A stretch of 64,000 nt of DNA. It comes from Thermoproteota archaeon (lineage in GTDB: Archaea; Korarchaeota; Korarchaeia; Korarchaeales; Korarchaeaceae). The stretch is from NCBI GenBank assembly GCA_027491735.1, contig JAOZGP010000023.1:1-64000 (forward strand), given 5' to 3'. Each line of letters opens with the position of its first letter. Position 1 is the stretch's first letter. Positions 29,579 through 40,626 of the stretch are shown here, one piece after another. The translations under genes were made by a program, and so were the position numbers. The notes beneath the pieces were generated by a model that searched no databases, was not told where the DNA came from, and was given only the letters and a program-made list of their open reading frames with translations.

Positions 29579-30582
29579 CGCTCGCCTCTGAACTCTCTCA
29601 GAGCCTTCAGTAAAGCGTCGTTCTCCTCTCTCCTTCCAACAGTTACCCTTATGTGACCCTTGAGCCTTCCCTCCAACCTTCTCACAGCTATTCCCCTCTC
29701 AAGGAGGAAGTCATAGGCGTCAAGTCTAACCAACAGAAAGTTTGCTTCACTTGGGTAGGCGCAATCCCTGAGCTGCTCATAAATTCTCTCCCTCTCCTCT
29801 ACGATGTAGCTTACGATCCTCTCGACGTATCTCCGATTATCGAGAGCAGTCTCAGCTATCTTCATCGAGAAGAAGTTGACGTTGAAGGGGGACTTTATCG
29901 AGAGCAGTCTCTCGGCTATCCTCTCGCTGGTGAGTACGTATCCCACCCTGGCGGCCGCCAGGCCGAAGGCCTTGGAGAACGTTCTCAAGACTATCAAGTT
30001 TTCATGTTCGCTCAACAAGTCCAAAAAACTCTTTTGCGAGAACTCGGCATATGCCTCGTCCAGCAGGACTGGAACTCCTGTCTCCAAAACTCTCTCTACA
30101 TGCTCCCTGTCCTGAAGATTTCCGGTCGGGTTGTTGGGGGAGCATATCACGACAAGCCTGGCTCCATCAACGTGATTTTCCACATCTCTCAGGCTGAAGT
30201 CCTCTCTCAGAGGAACGTCCACCACGCCGAGACCCTCCAGTCTGGAGTAGAAGGAATACATCCCGAATGTTGGTGAGCTTATCACAACCTTGTCCCCCTC
30301 AAATAGCTTAAGGGAGAGAGCTATCAGCTCATCTCCTCCGTTCCCCACAACCACGTTCCTCATGTCCAGTCCGTGGAGATCAGCGATCTTCTCTCTAAGC
30401 GAATCGGAGTTGACGTTGGGATATCTGTTCCACTCAGCTCCTTTTATCCTTCTCAGAGCTTCCTCCTTCACCTCATCTGGGATGTCGAACGGGCACTCGT
30501 TCTTATCCAGCCTTATCCTGACCTCGCCCTTCACGTAGGGGTTATAGGATCCGAACTCCTCAATACTCCTCCTGAACCTCAT
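29575..30582 (-). CDS. hisC: Histidinol-phosphate aminotransferase
   Basis: [39 protein letters not shown]. Confidence 0.95.
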   Translation of the reverse strand: MRFRRSIEEFGSYNPYVKGEVRIRLDKNECPFDIPDEVKEEALRRIKGAEWNRYPNVNSDSLREKIADLHGLDMRNVVVGNGGDELIALSLKLFEGDKVVISSPTFGMYSFYSRLEGLGVVDVPLREDFSLRDVENHVDGARLVVICSPNNPTGNLQDREHVERVLETGVPVLLDEAYAEFSQKSFLDLLSEHENLIVLRTFSKAFGLAAARVGYVLTSERIAERLLSIKSPFNVNFFSMKIAETALDNRRYVERIVSYIVEERERIYEQLRDCAYPSEANFLLVRLDAYDFLLERGIAVRRLEGRLKGHIRVTVGRREENDALLKALREFRGER

Positions 30583-31214
30583 TTCCTACGCCTCCTGAGC
30601 TCCTCCATGATCTCGCTCAGCTCGATGTCGTTGTAGGCAAGAAGGACGAGCAGATGGTAGAGGAGGTCAGCTGTCTCACATATCACTCTGCTCCTCTCCT
30701 CAGCCACTAGAACCTCCACAGCCTCCTCACCAAACTTCTTGTATATCCTCTCCTTCCCCTCACTGAACAATCTGGAGGTATATGACTCCTCCCTGGGGTT
30801 TCTTCTCCTGTCCCTTATCACGTCTTCAAGCTCTCTGAGGATGGAAAGGGAGTAGTCTGGGGCATTGCTATATCTCTTAGGCTCCCCTAAACGTCTATGG
30901 AAACAACTTTTGTTCCCGGTGTGGCAAACTGGCCCAGTTGCCTCCACCACGACGAGGAGCGAATCCGAATCACAGTCTATCCTTATCTCCTTCACCCTCA
31001 TGACGTTGCCGCTGACCTCTCCCTTCATCCAGAGCTTTCCCCTGCTTCTCGAATAGAAGTGAGCGTATCCCGTCTCCAAGGTTCTTCTAAGAGCTTCCCT
31101 GTTCATATAAGCCAACATGAGAACCTCACCATCAACGCTCTGCACCACGGCTGGAACCAGGCCCCCGCATCTCCCCCAGTCAACCTGGTCCATCGGATCA
31201 GTCAAGTCTGACAT
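30579..31214 (-). CDS. hisIE: Bifunctional PR-AMP cyclohydrolase / PR-ATP pyrophosphatase
   Basis: YSRSR..LW.KGE.SGN, DCD.D, CHTG..SCF, then SYT..L...KK.GEEA.E...E.ADLLYH. Confidence 0.95.
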   Translation of the reverse strand: MSDLTDPMDQVDWGRCGGLVPAVVQSVDGEVLMLAYMNREALRRTLETGYAHFYSRSRGKLWMKGEVSGNVMRVKEIRIDCDSDSLLVVVEATGPVCHTGNKSCFHRRLGEPKRYSNAPDYSLSILRELEDVIRDRRRNPREESYTSRLFSEGKERIYKKFGEEAVEVLVAEERSRVICETADLLYHLLVLLAYNDIELSEIMEELRRRRK

Positions 31215-31953
31215 CGATCCCCCTCCTCAACAGGTGCTCCTTCAGCTCCCTTACGGTGTACTTTCCGTAGTGGAATATTGAGGCCGCTAGCGCAGCACTA
31301 GCTCCTATCCTGAATACCTCGTAGAAGTGATCTGGACAGCCAGCCCCTCCTGATGCCACGACAGGTATGTTCACAGCATCTACCACAGCTCTGGTGAGAG
31401 GTATGTCGAAGCCTGCCTGAGTTCCGTCGGTGTCCATTGAGGTGAGGAGTATTTCCCCAGCACCAAGCCTCTCCACCTCCCTCGCCCATCTGACGGCATC
31501 CAGACCTCTCGCCCTCCTCCCCCCATGCGTGTAGACCTCCCAGAATCTACCGTTCCACTTGGCATCTATGGCTACAACCAGATTGGCGCTCCCCACAACC
31601 TCAACAGCCTCTCTCACAAGTTCAGGCCTGTCGACCGCTGCTGTATTAATGAACACCTTATCGGCACCGCTCTTGATGATATTTCTGATCTCCTCAACGC
31701 TTCTTATCCCACCACCGACGGTGAAGGGCACGTATATCTCAGAAGCGACTCTCTCGGCTAGGCTCATCAGAGTTCTCCTTCCTTCATGTGAAGCCGTTAT
31801 GTCCAGGAAAACTATCTCGTCAGTCCCATCCTCCTCATATCTCCTGGCAAACTCCACCGGATCCCCCACATCCTGCACGTTCTCGAACCTCACCCCCTTG
31901 ACCACCTTTCCGTCTCTCACATCCAGAGCGACAACTATCCTCTTGGCCAGCAT
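31198..31953 (-). CDS. hisF: Imidazole glycerol phosphate synthase cyclase subunit
   Basis: [53 protein letters not shown]. Confidence 0.96.
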   Translation of the reverse strand: MLAKRIVVALDVRDGKVVKGVRFENVQDVGDPVEFARRYEEDGTDEIVFLDITASHEGRRTLMSLAERVASEIYVPFTVGGGIRSVEEIRNIIKSGADKVFINTAAVDRPELVREAVEVVGSANLVVAIDAKWNGRFWEVYTHGGRRARGLDAVRWAREVERLGAGEILLTSMDTDGTQAGFDIPLTRAVVDAVNIPVVASGGAGCPDHFYEVFRIGASAALAASIFHYGKYTVRELKEHLLRRGIDVRLD

Positions 31954-31954
31954 A

Positions 31955-32635
31955 TCAAAGCACCGCCAGTACATCCTCAAGTTTGAGGAGGCCCTCATAC
32001 AGGGCCTTACCTATTATCACGCCGGAGAAACCGAGATCTCTGAGCCGAACGACATCCTCCAGGGATGAAACACCTCCGGCGTAGAGGACCTCTCCCTCAC
32101 ATGGAGGCCTCAGGACCTCGACCCCAGACAGGGTCCCATCCCTCTCCACACAAGTGTAAACAAACCTGTTCACGTACCTGCTCAGCACCCTGCAGGCCTC
32201 CTCGACCCCCAGATCGAGGCTCTCGGTCCATCCCCTTATCGAGATCCTACCTTCCCTCGAGTCAAGACTCACGGCTATCCCTCGAAACATCTCGGCGACC
32301 CTCGACAGGAACTTGAGGTCAAAGGCTCTGGTCCCGATGACTACATTCTCCACTCCAATCTCATAGGCCCTGGTGATGCTCTCTAGATCCCTGAACCCTC
32401 CTCCGACCTGAACTCTGACCCCCGCCTCCTTGATGATCCTCTTCACCTGGTCCAGATTCCTTGGCCTCCCAGCGAATGCACCCTCAAGGTCGATCACGTG
32501 GACCTTGTCCACACATCTGGAGAACCTCCTGGCAAACTCCACCGGATCCCCGTAGACCTTGAGATCCTCTCTTCTCCCCTTCCTGAGCCTCACAGCTTTC
32601 CCCTTCATTATGTCTATCGCCGGCAGGACCTCCAA
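31955..32635 (-). CDS. hisA: ProFAR isomerase
   Basis: PAID...GKAVRL..G, HVIDL.GA, QVGGG.R, DGTL.G, AGGV, GKALY. Confidence 0.94.
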   Translation of the reverse strand: MEVLPAIDIMKGKAVRLRKGRREDLKVYGDPVEFARRFSRCVDKVHVIDLEGAFAGRPRNLDQVKRIIKEAGVRVQVGGGFRDLESITRAYEIGVENVVIGTRAFDLKFLSRVAEMFRGIAVSLDSREGRISIRGWTESLDLGVEEACRVLSRYVNRFVYTCVERDGTLSGVEVLRPPCEGEVLYAGGVSSLEDVVRLRDLGFSGVIIGKALYEGLLKLEDVLAVL

Positions 32636-32637
32636 AA

Positions 32638-33213
32638 TTACAACCTCCTGAAGTTCTCCATAATCCTCAACCCGTTCCTGCTGGACTTCTCCGGATGGAA
32701 CTGCACTGCAAACACGTTGTCCTTCCAAATGACCGAGGGAAAGAGGTAGCCCTCGTAGTCGGTCAACCCTACCACCACCTCATGGTCCTTGGGGTCTGCG
32801 TGATAGGAGTGGACGAAGTAGAAGTAGGATCCAGTCCTCACACCATTGAACAACGGACAGTTCCTGACGAGATGGACCTGGTTCCATCCTATGTGAGGCA
32901 CTCCACCCCTCCTCATCCTGATAACTCCTCCCCTCAGAACCCTCAGTCCCTCTCCCTCGCTCTCCTCACTCCACTCGAAGAGAAGCTGCATTCCCAGGCA
33001 TATACCAAGAAACGGTTTTCCAGACTCTATGGAATCCAATATGACATATCTAAGTGGTTCTAGTTTCCTCATGACCGCTCCGAAGTTGCCAACTCCTGGA
33101 AGCACTATCTTGTCTGCTTTTCTGAGTTCGGAAGGATCACTCGTCACAACCCCTCCCAAAGCCTTCCTCACGTTCGCCAAGTTTCCTATCCCCAAATCAA
33201 CTACAGCTATCAC
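32638..33213 (-). CDS. hisH: Imidazole glycerol phosphate synthase glutaminase subunit
   Basis: D.G.GNL, LPGVG.F, LGICLGMQ, PHIGWN, YFVHSY, QFHPEKS. Confidence 0.96.
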   Translation of the reverse strand: MIAVVDLGIGNLANVRKALGGVVTSDPSELRKADKIVLPGVGNFGAVMRKLEPLRYVILDSIESGKPFLGICLGMQLLFEWSEESEGEGLRVLRGGVIRMRRGGVPHIGWNQVHLVRNCPLFNGVRTGSYFYFVHSYHADPKDHEVVVGLTDYEGYLFPSVIWKDNVFAVQFHPEKSSRNGLRIMENFRRL

Positions 33214-33746
33214 CTTAGAACACCCTTTATGCTCTCCAACCTCCCTCCCTCAGTTAAAGCTTGTTTTAGAGCGATGCCCAGCCCCTTAAACGAGGCCTCG
33301 ATCAGGTGATGAGCATTCCTCCCGGAGAGCTGCTTCACATGTATCGTAGCTCCCAGGGTTCTGGCCAGAGCCCAGATGAACTCCCTGACCAAAGTCACAA
33401 GAAAACCGTTCTCTTCCTCCTCAGGTTCAAGCTCCAAGCTGAGGTAGGGCCTGGAGATGTCCACGGAGACCAGGACTAGAGCGTCGTCCATGGGCATCAC
33501 AGCATTTCCGAACCTGTGCATCCTCTCATCCACTTCCTCCCTGAGAGCCTCTCCCACGGCGATGCCCAGATCCTCCCAGAGGTGATGTCTCAGATCACCT
33601 GAGGCCTCCACAGAGACCTCTCTTCCCATGTAGAAGAAGAGGGTCTTCATCAGGTGATCGAGCACGGGGTCCCCTGTCCTCACCTCCCCCTCACCAGGAG
33701 ACACCCGGATGTCGACCTCCTTGGTCTTCCTCCTGACCTCCCTCAC
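33210..33746 (-). CDS. hisB: Imidazoleglycerol-phosphate dehydratase (monofunctional)
   Basis: R.TKE, DL.HH..ED.GI, PMDDAL, N.HH..EA.FK, S.KG.L. Confidence 0.93.
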   Translation of the reverse strand: MREVRRKTKEVDIRVSPGEGEVRTGDPVLDHLMKTLFFYMGREVSVEASGDLRHHLWEDLGIAVGEALREEVDERMHRFGNAVMPMDDALVLVSVDISRPYLSLELEPEEEENGFLVTLVREFIWALARTLGATIHVKQLSGRNAHHLIEASFKGLGIALKQALTEGGRLESIKGVLR

Positions 33747-34879
33747 TTTCTCACCTCCAAAGCGTGCTTGTGGGCTTTCATCCCCTCAAGCTCAGCCATT
33801 CTGATTCCGAGCTTCCTCTCCATCAGAAACTCATCCCTATCAACCATGGCCACGCTTATCCACTTGACGAAGTCCATCACGGTCAGCACCGAGGAGAACC
33901 TAGCGGCCTTTCCTGTGGGAAGAACGTGGTTAACCCCCAGGAAGTAATCTCCAGCCGATACGGGTGTGTAGGTCCCAAGATAAACTGCTCCAGCGTTTTT
34001 CACTCTCTCCAAGATCTTAAGAGGATTTTTCGCTATGATCTCCAAGTGCTCTGGAGCTATCTCGTTCACTCTCCAAACGCACTCATCCAGGCTATCACAG
34101 AGAACTACCTCGACGCCCTCTCTCCTACAGGCGTTCGCTAAGTCCTCCGATGTTGTGAGGAGCCATGCTCTGGCATCCTCTCCATGCTCCAGTTGGGATA
34201 GCAGATCTGCGAGAACATGGCTCGCGTCAGCACTCTCATCGGCGATGATCGCCACCTCAGTGGGACCAGCTAACCTATCTATCCCAACGACCCCGAAGAC
34301 CTGCCTTTTGGCCTCATTCACGAACCTGTTTCCCGGACCGAATATCTTGTCCACTCCTCTCATGCCCACCCCGTAGGCCATCGCAGCTATGGCGTGAACC
34401 CCTCCCAGCTTGTAGACCTCCCTTACTCCAAGGAGCTTGGCCACGTACAGCATGTGAGGGAGAACCTTCCCCCCGATCGGAGGGGTGCACACAACTATCT
34501 CCTCAACTCCAGCTATTCTGGCTGGTACCCCTATCATTATAAGTGTGGAGATGAGCCTACTTGGTACGTAGATTCCTATCCGCCCTATAGGCCTCGCTAT
34601 GAGACCGTAGAGCGATCCTCTTGAGATCTTGATCAGATTGTTCGGGGTCTGGTGCTCGTGATATCTCCAAACCCTGCTCACGACCCTCCTCAGGACCTCC
34701 TTGTCCTCCTCAGGTATGGACTCCGCTTCATCAAACTCCTCCTCACCGACCAGAAAATCGCCCTCGTAGGCGTCAAACCTTCTGGAGTAGTCCCGAAGGG
34801 CATCCTCTCCCCTACTGATCACGTCCGAGATTATGTTCCTGACGTAATCCTCGAGCTCACCTCTCCCACTCATCAACAA
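33743..34879 (-). CDS. hisD: Histidinol dehydrogenase
   Basis: [46 protein letters not shown]. Confidence 0.95.
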   Translation of the reverse strand: MLMSGRGELEDYVRNIISDVISRGEDALRDYSRRFDAYEGDFLVGEEEFDEAESIPEEDKEVLRRVVSRVWRYHEHQTPNNLIKISRGSLYGLIARPIGRIGIYVPSRLISTLIMIGVPARIAGVEEIVVCTPPIGGKVLPHMLYVAKLLGVREVYKLGGVHAIAAMAYGVGMRGVDKIFGPGNRFVNEAKRQVFGVVGIDRLAGPTEVAIIADESADASHVLADLLSQLEHGEDARAWLLTTSEDLANACRREGVEVVLCDSLDECVWRVNEIAPEHLEIIAKNPLKILERVKNAGAVYLGTYTPVSAGDYFLGVNHVLPTGKAARFSSVLTVMDFVKWISVAMVDRDEFLMERKLGIRMAELEGMKAHKHALEVRK

Positions 34880-35489
34880 CCCTCCTTAAGCTTGCGATCA
34901 AGTTGTTCAGGACCTCGAACTTAGTCTTCTGGGATATCCTGTTCACCAGAAGGAGAACGGAGACATCCATCACCTTCTCGACCTCCACCAGATCGTTCAC
35001 CCTAAGGGTCCTTCCCGTCTCGACTATATCAACTATGGCATCAGCTATCCCGACCTTCGGTGCGAGCTCTACTGACCCGTGAAGCTTCATCACTTCCACA
35101 GGGATGTCCCTCTCCTCGAAGAACTTGGAGGTTACGTTGGGGTACTTGGTGGCGATCTTGAATCCCTCCATCTCCTCCACGCCAACAGCTCTCTCCCTGG
35201 GCATTGCCACGCTTAACTTACACCTGCCGAACGGGAGCTCCAGCGGGACAAGCACGTCGCAGGACCTCTCCTCGAAAACATCACTTCCGCAGATGCCCAC
35301 ATCTATCCCATGCTCCACGTAGACAGGAATGTCGAATGCCCTAGCGAGTAGAAGCTCATACTTCTTCCTTCTTGTGATGAGCTCCCTGCCCTTTGGGATA
35401 CTAAGCTCAATTCCAGCTCTTTTGAGGATCTTCAATGAGTCCTTCAGAAGCCTTCTCTTCGGTAGGACGAACCTCAACCTCTCCATCAC
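34857..35489 (-). CDS. hisG: ATP phosphoribosyltransferase, short form
   Basis: [44 protein letters not shown]. Confidence 0.95.
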   Translation of the reverse strand: MMERLRFVLPKRRLLKDSLKILKRAGIELSIPKGRELITRRKKYELLLARAFDIPVYVEHGIDVGICGSDVFEERSCDVLVPLELPFGRCKLSVAMPRERAVGVEEMEGFKIATKYPNVTSKFFEERDIPVEVMKLHGSVELAPKVGIADAIVDIVETGRTLRVNDLVEVEKVMDVSVLLLVNRISQKTKFEVLNNLIASLRRVVDEWER

Positions 35490-36289
35490 ACTTCACCGGA
35501 CCTGAGCCTGAGCACTCTGTCCAGGTAAAGGGCGAACCCTGCGGCCCTGAGCCCCCTTGCCCTATAGTCTCCTCCCCCTCCTATGGGATATCCGAGCTTC
35601 GGCGAGTAGATGTCGAACACCACGTTGTCGTAGTAGGGCAGGGGCCTCATGGTCCCCAGGTCTATGAAGACCCTCTCGTCTTCCACCCTCTCCACTATCT
35701 CGTCCAGAAGCCTGAACCCACTTCTCCTCCCTCTAAAGTTGAACAGCCTCCAGAGCTCCCTCTTCTTCTCCTGATCTATCGGCAGGGATTCTATCCTCTG
35801 GAAGTTTCTCCTTCGGAGGGCCTCGAATATCCTCTCCCTGAACTCCTTGACGTCCTCAGTGGCTCTCCTCCAAACCTCTAGGCTTCCGACATCTACATAG
35901 AAGTCCTCCACTCCCACGGCAATCAGACAGCTCACGGCCACCTTGATCACCTCCACGTACATGTCCGAAGGTTCTCCTCCTATGAGCTCGGCTCCAGCCT
36001 GCCAGCTGCCTTTGATCCCTCCGTTCAGGACCTCGGAGATGTAGTATACCTTCATTCTCCTCGGCCTCCTCATGCGGAAGACTATCTGTGAGGTTATGTC
36101 GGGCTTTATCAGGTAGAACTGATTGTTATAGGAGAACTTCGTCCCTCTCCTAAGGGATCCATCGTACTCCTCTATGCAGGGAAGAAATATCTCCCTGTAG
36201 CCCCAGGACTCGAAGCTCCTCCTAAGCTTCCCAGCCACGTAAGCGAGCCTCTCCGACTCGGTTAGGAGGTCCCTCCTCATCGCGATCAC
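35486..36289 (-). CDS. hisZ: ATP phosphoribosyltransferase regulatory subunit
   Basis: HisRS-like [37 protein letters not shown]; precedes the short hisG. Confidence 0.9.
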   Translation of the reverse strand: MIAMRRDLLTESERLAYVAGKLRRSFESWGYREIFLPCIEEYDGSLRRGTKFSYNNQFYLIKPDITSQIVFRMRRPRRMKVYYISEVLNGGIKGSWQAGAELIGGEPSDMYVEVIKVAVSCLIAVGVEDFYVDVGSLEVWRRATEDVKEFRERIFEALRRRNFQRIESLPIDQEKKRELWRLFNFRGRRSGFRLLDEIVERVEDERVFIDLGTMRPLPYYDNVVFDIYSPKLGYPIGGGGDYRARGLRAAGFALYLDRVLRLRSGEV

Positions 36290-36840
36290 TTGTCAGGGTT
36301 TTCTCCATATGGTCGAGAAACGCTTATCTTCTTTTCGCTGTTCTCATCGGAGGATCGACGAGACGATCTCACCTCAGGGATCCCTCAGCTCTGAAGGTCC
36401 TCACGAGATGGCTCCACAGCAGTCGCTCACTGGTCTACCTGGTGACGGTCGCCTGAGGATCTCATCTCGACCAATCTCAGGCCGGATCGACCTAGATCTC
36501 CCTAAGGTGGGTGGACGAGCTGGCAGGTCCTCCTCACAGTGATGGGATAACTCCGTCCTTCACAGATTCCCGATAGGGCAGCGCTGACGAGCGTCTGCCG
36601 ATATTTTAAACCTGGTCCCGCTGATCCAGGAGCTTCCTCAAGCAACCGAAGCTCCTGAGTCCAGATCGCTCGGTGATCTGGAGTGAACCCACCGCTCCGA
36701 GCTGTCCCTTCAGCGGACGCGTACAACGCGTCTTCAGGAGATCGCCGTGATGGAGTCGAGGATGAAGCTCCCTCAACGAGGCCGGCGTGAGGTCTTCGAA
36801 ACATCTTTCTTGGGGTGTGAGGCAGCTGACCGCATGAAGC

Positions 36841-37602
36841 TCATGAAACCTCTCCACGCAGGAACCTCTCTGTGAGCTTGTTCCTAGGGTTCACGAACAC
36901 CTGATCCGCCGGCCCGACCTCCACGAGCTGCCCCATGTAGATGAAGGCTATGTAGTCGGACACCCTCGAGGCCTGCGGTGGGGAGTGGGTCACCATCATT
37001 ATCGTTACCCCTCCCTCCCTCCTGAAGGAGATGAGCACATCCTCTATCTTCCTGGCGTTGATGGGATCGACGTTGGCTGTGGGCTCGTCCAAGAGCAGGA
37101 GCTCGGGTCTCATGGCTAGGGCCCTGGCTATGCAAAGCCTCTGCTGCTGACCTCCGCTGAGCCCGAGCGGAGGGACATCAAGCTTGTCCTTGACCTCCTC
37201 CCAAAGCATCGCCTTCTCCAAAGCCCATCTCACCAGATTATCGAGCTCCTTTTTGCTTTTCACTAAACCGTTTAGCTTTGGACCCAGAGCAACGTTCTCG
37301 TATATGGAGAGGTGAGGGAAGGGGTTGGGCGTCTGGAAGACCATTCCTATCCTGGTCCTGAGCCTGTAGGGATCCGCCTTGAAGACGTCCCTTCCCAGGA
37401 CCACGACCCTGCCGGAGACCTCCGCTTCGGGTATGAGGTCTATGAGCCTGTTTATCACACGTAGAAGCGTGCTCTTGCCGGACCCACTAGGTCCCATCAC
37501 GGTGAAGATCGTGTTCTCCGGGACCTTGAAGGTGAGGTCCCTCAAGACCTCGAAGCCCCCTATCCTGACCCTGAGGTTCTCCACCTCAACTGCGTAGCTC
37601 AC
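36841..37602 (-). CDS. pstB: Phosphate ABC transporter ATP-binding protein
   Basis: MGPSGSGKST, GMVFQ.PNPFP..SIYENV, A.LW.EVKD.L, LSGGQQQRLCIARALA. Confidence 0.95.
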   Translation of the reverse strand: MSYAVEVENLRVRIGGFEVLRDLTFKVPENTIFTVMGPSGSGKSTLLRVINRLIDLIPEAEVSGRVVVLGRDVFKADPYRLRTRIGMVFQTPNPFPHLSIYENVALGPKLNGLVKSKKELDNLVRWALEKAMLWEEVKDKLDVPPLGLSGGQQQRLCIARALAMRPELLLLDEPTANVDPINARKIEDVLISFRREGGVTIMMVTHSPPQASRVSDYIAFIYMGQLVEVGPADQVFVNPRNKLTERFLRGEVS

Positions 37603-38480
37603 ATCCTCACCTCCCTCACCGTTCTCCTGAGGACGACGAAGATCACCAGGTATATGGCTATCAGGACCAGGGCAGCTCCCCAGGCGACCTCCCTGTACAC
37701 CCGGTAGGGGGTGAGGGCGAACTCGTATATCAGCAGGGGGATCGCTCCCACAGGATGATCTGGCCCGTTGAAGTAGGCGTGCCTCAGCCCACCTATTGTG
37801 AACAGGAGAGGAGCTGTCTCACCTGCTGCCTTGGCGAGTCCTATGAGCACGCCCGTCAGGATCCCCCTCCTTGCTATCCGCGTGAACACGCTGAAGACCG
37901 CCCTCGGCCTCGTCAGCCCCAGGCTGTAGGCCGCCTCCCTGTAGGTCCGGGGTATCGACGCCAGGGACTCCTCCATGTAGGTGTAGGAGTAGGGCACCAT
38001 CACAATCGCCAGAGCTACAGCTCCAGCCAGTGCGGAGAACCTGCCCATGGGGATCACCACGAGGGTGTATGAGAGAACCCCTATGAGCACGGTTGGTATC
38101 TCCGTGAACGACCTGCAGACGAGCTTCGTCACCCTGGCAACCAGAGTGTTCGGATATTCCACAGTGAAGACAGCAGCCATGAAGGAGAGAGGGAGCCCTA
38201 AGATCACAGTTAGGAACACGAGAACGGCTGACCCCACCAAGGCCGGACCGATGCCCCCCAGATTGCTCGAGAGAGGCGAAGGGGGTGTGTCCACGAGGAA
38301 GCTCAGCCCTCCCCTGAGGAGGGTCCACCCCCCGTAGTAGAGGATCGAAGCCACTATGTGAAATAGGGGGAGAAAGGCCGCCATTGAGAGGACCACGAGG
38401 ATCACCAGGAAGAGCTTGTCCTTGATCCTCCTGACGAGGGATAGCCTCTCCGCTTCTCTCCTTGAGCTTACATCTCTCAA
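37599..38480 (-). CDS. pstA: Phosphate ABC transporter permease PstA
   Basis: GGIGPALVGS, P...REAAYSLG, GETAPLLFT, AWG.ALVL. Confidence 0.93.
   Translation of the reverse strand: MRDVSSRREAERLSLVRRIKDKLFLVILVVLSMAAFLPLFHIVASILYYGGWTLLRGGLSFLVDTPPSPLSSNLGGIGPALVGSAVLVFLTVILGLPLSFMAAVFTVEYPNTLVARVTKLVCRSFTEIPTVLIGVLSYTLVVIPMGRFSALAGAVALAIVMVPYSYTYMEESLASIPRTYREAAYSLGLTRPRAVFSVFTRIARRGILTGVLIGLAKAAGETAPLLFTIGGLRHAYFNGPDHPVGAIPLLIYEFALTPYRVYREVAWGAALVLIAIYLVIFVVLRRTVREVRM
37931..37971. repeat. 41-bp exact direct repeat, copy 1 (in pstA); copy 2 at 38829-38869 (in pstC)
   Basis: ccgcctccctgtaggtccggggtatcgacgccagggactcc is identical at both sites, with a further aggctgtag match after one mismatch. 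Confidence 0.9.
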
Positions 38481-38484
38481 GAAA

Positions 38485-39420
38485 TCACCTCCTATAGGTT
38501 CTCCTCCACTTCACCAACATGTACACGCCGGCTGAGTTCAGCAGAAGTCCTGTGGCCAGGAGGAAGAGGCCCGCCGCATAGAGGGCGCTCGTCATGTAGT
38601 GGTAAAATCCGGCATTGGCGAACTGGTTAGCTATCAGAGAGGATATAGTGTAGCTGGGCTCAAACATGCAGAGGGGGAGTCCGAAGCTGTTGCCTATCGT
38701 CATGGAGACAGCTATGGTCTCACCAGCAGCCCTTCCAAAACCCAGGAGAGTGGCGGCCATCACCGCTGGCTTGGTCATGGAGACCAGCATCCTTGAGGCC
38801 TCGTACCTGGTGGCCCCGAGGCTGTAGACCGCCTCCCTGTAGGTCCGGGGTATCGACGCCAGGGACTCCCTTATCATGCTGGTCATGAAGGGGAGTATCA
38901 TCACGGACAGGACAGTGCCGGCGGTGAACACGGTGAAGCCCGTTATGGGCCTGCACCCGAACACCGGCACGAAGCCCAGGTACAGACTCAGAGGGGTCAT
39001 GATGTAGGTCTTCAGAATGGGAGCCAAAACGAAGGCCCCCCAAAGGCCGTATAGAACCGTGGGGAGACCTGCCATGAGGTCCACCAGACCCGTGACGTGA
39101 TCCCTCAGCTGGGGAGGTGTGTAATCGTTTATGAAGATGGCCAGTGCTATGGATGTCGGCAGGGCGAGGATCAGAGCTATGAGAGAGGAGTAGAGGGTTC
39201 CGACGAGAGGGGATAGTATGCCGTAGAACTCCTGGTCTGGGCTGACCTCTGATGGTCTCCAAGCGCTCGATGTGAGGAACTTCAATCCCTCCCTGAGAAG
39301 CACGGGCACCGAGTTCTGGATCAACACCTCGAACAGAAGCACGAACACGATGAACACCACGCCGGCAAACGGCAGGAGCATGTAGAAGAACATTCTATCC
39401 TCTCTGGATGGAAACCTCAT
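38485..39420 (-). CDS. pstC: Phosphate ABC transporter permease PstC
   Basis: W.P....YG....GTL..S, AG.P.V.YGLWG, GRA.GET.AV, IANQF. Confidence 0.93.
   Translation of the reverse strand: MRFPSREDRMFFYMLLPFAGVVFIVFVLLFEVLIQNSVPVLLREGLKFLTSSAWRPSEVSPDQEFYGILSPLVGTLYSSLIALILALPTSIALAIFINDYTPPQLRDHVTGLVDLMAGLPTVLYGLWGAFVLAPILKTYIMTPLSLYLGFVPVFGCRPITGFTVFTAGTVLSVMILPFMTSMIRESLASIPRTYREAVYSLGATRYEASRMLVSMTKPAVMAATLLGFGRAAGETIAVSMTIGNSFGLPLCMFEPSYTISSLIANQFANAGFYHYMTSALYAAGLFLLATGLLLNSAGVYMLVKWRRTYRR
38829..38869. repeat. 41-bp exact direct repeat, copy 2 (in pstC)
   Basis: Identical to 37931-37971. Confidence 0.9.
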
Positions 39421-39424
39421 CGAA

Positions 39425-40507
39425 TCACCCTGACCTCACGAGATCCAGCGCTCTAAGATCGATGTTCCTTATCTCCTCGGGGACGGGCACGTACCCCTCC
39501 ACCACGTAGCCCGATCCCCTCTCGCAGATCCACCTTATGAACTCCCGCACAACCCAGGTCTTCTCCTTGGAATAGGTCGTCCTGATGAACACGTGGGAGA
39601 AGGCAGTTATGGAGTAAGAACCGTTGCCGGGCGCGTACACTATCGCTTGGAGCTCCGAGCTGAAGTCCTCAGATGGATCCTCGGGTAGGTCGGGCAGAGC
39701 ATTTTTAGCCGCCTCCTGTATAGCCTCAACGGATGGAAGCACGAAGTTCCCGTCCCTGTTCTTTATGGCAGCCACTGGGAGGGCTTCCCTATAGGCGTAC
39801 TCCAGCTCCACGTATCCTACGGAGTACTCCGTGCTCTTCAGGGCAGCGACCACTCCTGGGTTGCCCTTTCCTCCCACGCCCCTCCCCTTCCCGTCGACAG
39901 GCCAGTTCACCGTCTTGCCAACAAGATCTGATGGCCACAGATCCGGTGCCGCCTCGTGCAGGAAGGTGGTGAATATCTGCGTTGTTCCGCTGGCGTCGGA
40001 CCTGTGGACCGCCGTTATCCTCCTGTGGGGGAGGTCCAACCCCGGGTTGAGCTCCCTCATCATCGGGTCGTCCCAGTACTCTATCCTCCCCAGGTAGATC
40101 AGGGCCAAAACGCGTCCGTCCAGCTTGAGGCATCTGTCCTTCAGCTCCGGAACGTTGTACACAACCGCCACCGCCCCGAGGATTATGGGGAGCTGGAGGA
40201 CCTTTCCCCTGTACCTCTCCCAGGTCTGCCTGCTCAGCGGTGGATCGCTTCCGCAGAAGTCCGTCAGCCTCTTGAAGAACTGCTCCTGCCCAGCTCCGCT
40301 GCCAACTCCCTGGTACTCGATGGACACGTTCTTGAAGTCCTTGAGGAACCCCTGGATCCACGCCTCAAGCTGGGGTTGAAGAAAGGTGGATCCCGATCCC
40401 CTTATGATGACCTCAGCGGCTTTTTTTCCTTCGTTTCTGAAGGAGAAACTGAACAAGAACACCAAGATCGCCAAGGCAGCGATGACCATTGCGAGCAACT
40501 TTCTCAA
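39425..40507 (-). CDS. pstS: Phosphate ABC transporter substrate-binding protein
   Basis: GSGSTF, Y..VGSG.G..QF, GSD.P, HRSD.SGTT..FT, GKGN.GV, GYVE. Confidence 0.95.
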   Translation of the reverse strand: MRKLLAMVIAALAILVFLFSFSFRNEGKKAAEVIIRGSGSTFLQPQLEAWIQGFLKDFKNVSIEYQGVGSGAGQEQFFKRLTDFCGSDPPLSRQTWERYRGKVLQLPIILGAVAVVYNVPELKDRCLKLDGRVLALIYLGRIEYWDDPMMRELNPGLDLPHRRITAVHRSDASGTTQIFTTFLHEAAPDLWPSDLVGKTVNWPVDGKGRGVGGKGNPGVVAALKSTEYSVGYVELEYAYREALPVAAIKNRDGNFVLPSVEAIQEAAKNALPDLPEDPSEDFSSELQAIVYAPGNGSYSITAFSHVFIRTTYSKEKTWVVREFIRWICERGSGYVVEGYVPVPEEIRNIDLRALDLVRSG

Positions 40508-40578
40508 GGCTGTTCACCGAGGATCAGTGGGATTCCTCGATTAATAATGATTATCTATCTAACACATATTCACTCATG

Positions 40579-40600
40579 ACCTCTATATGCCTATATAGGT
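40579..40600. promoter_or_regulatory. Candidate operator upstream of pstS
   Basis: acctctatatgcctatataggt is an imperfect inverted repeat containing the perfect palindrome cctatatagg, about 70-90 nt upstream of the pstS start. Confidence 0.3.
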
Positions 40601-40626
40601 ACGATCGCTGAAGCGGACGACCCAGG

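Noticed and set aside
36299-36321. tttctc-N9-gagaaa inverted repeat upstream of hisZ as an operator or attenuator
   Set aside because: Only 6-bp arms and no His-rich leader peptide; not distinguishable from chance.
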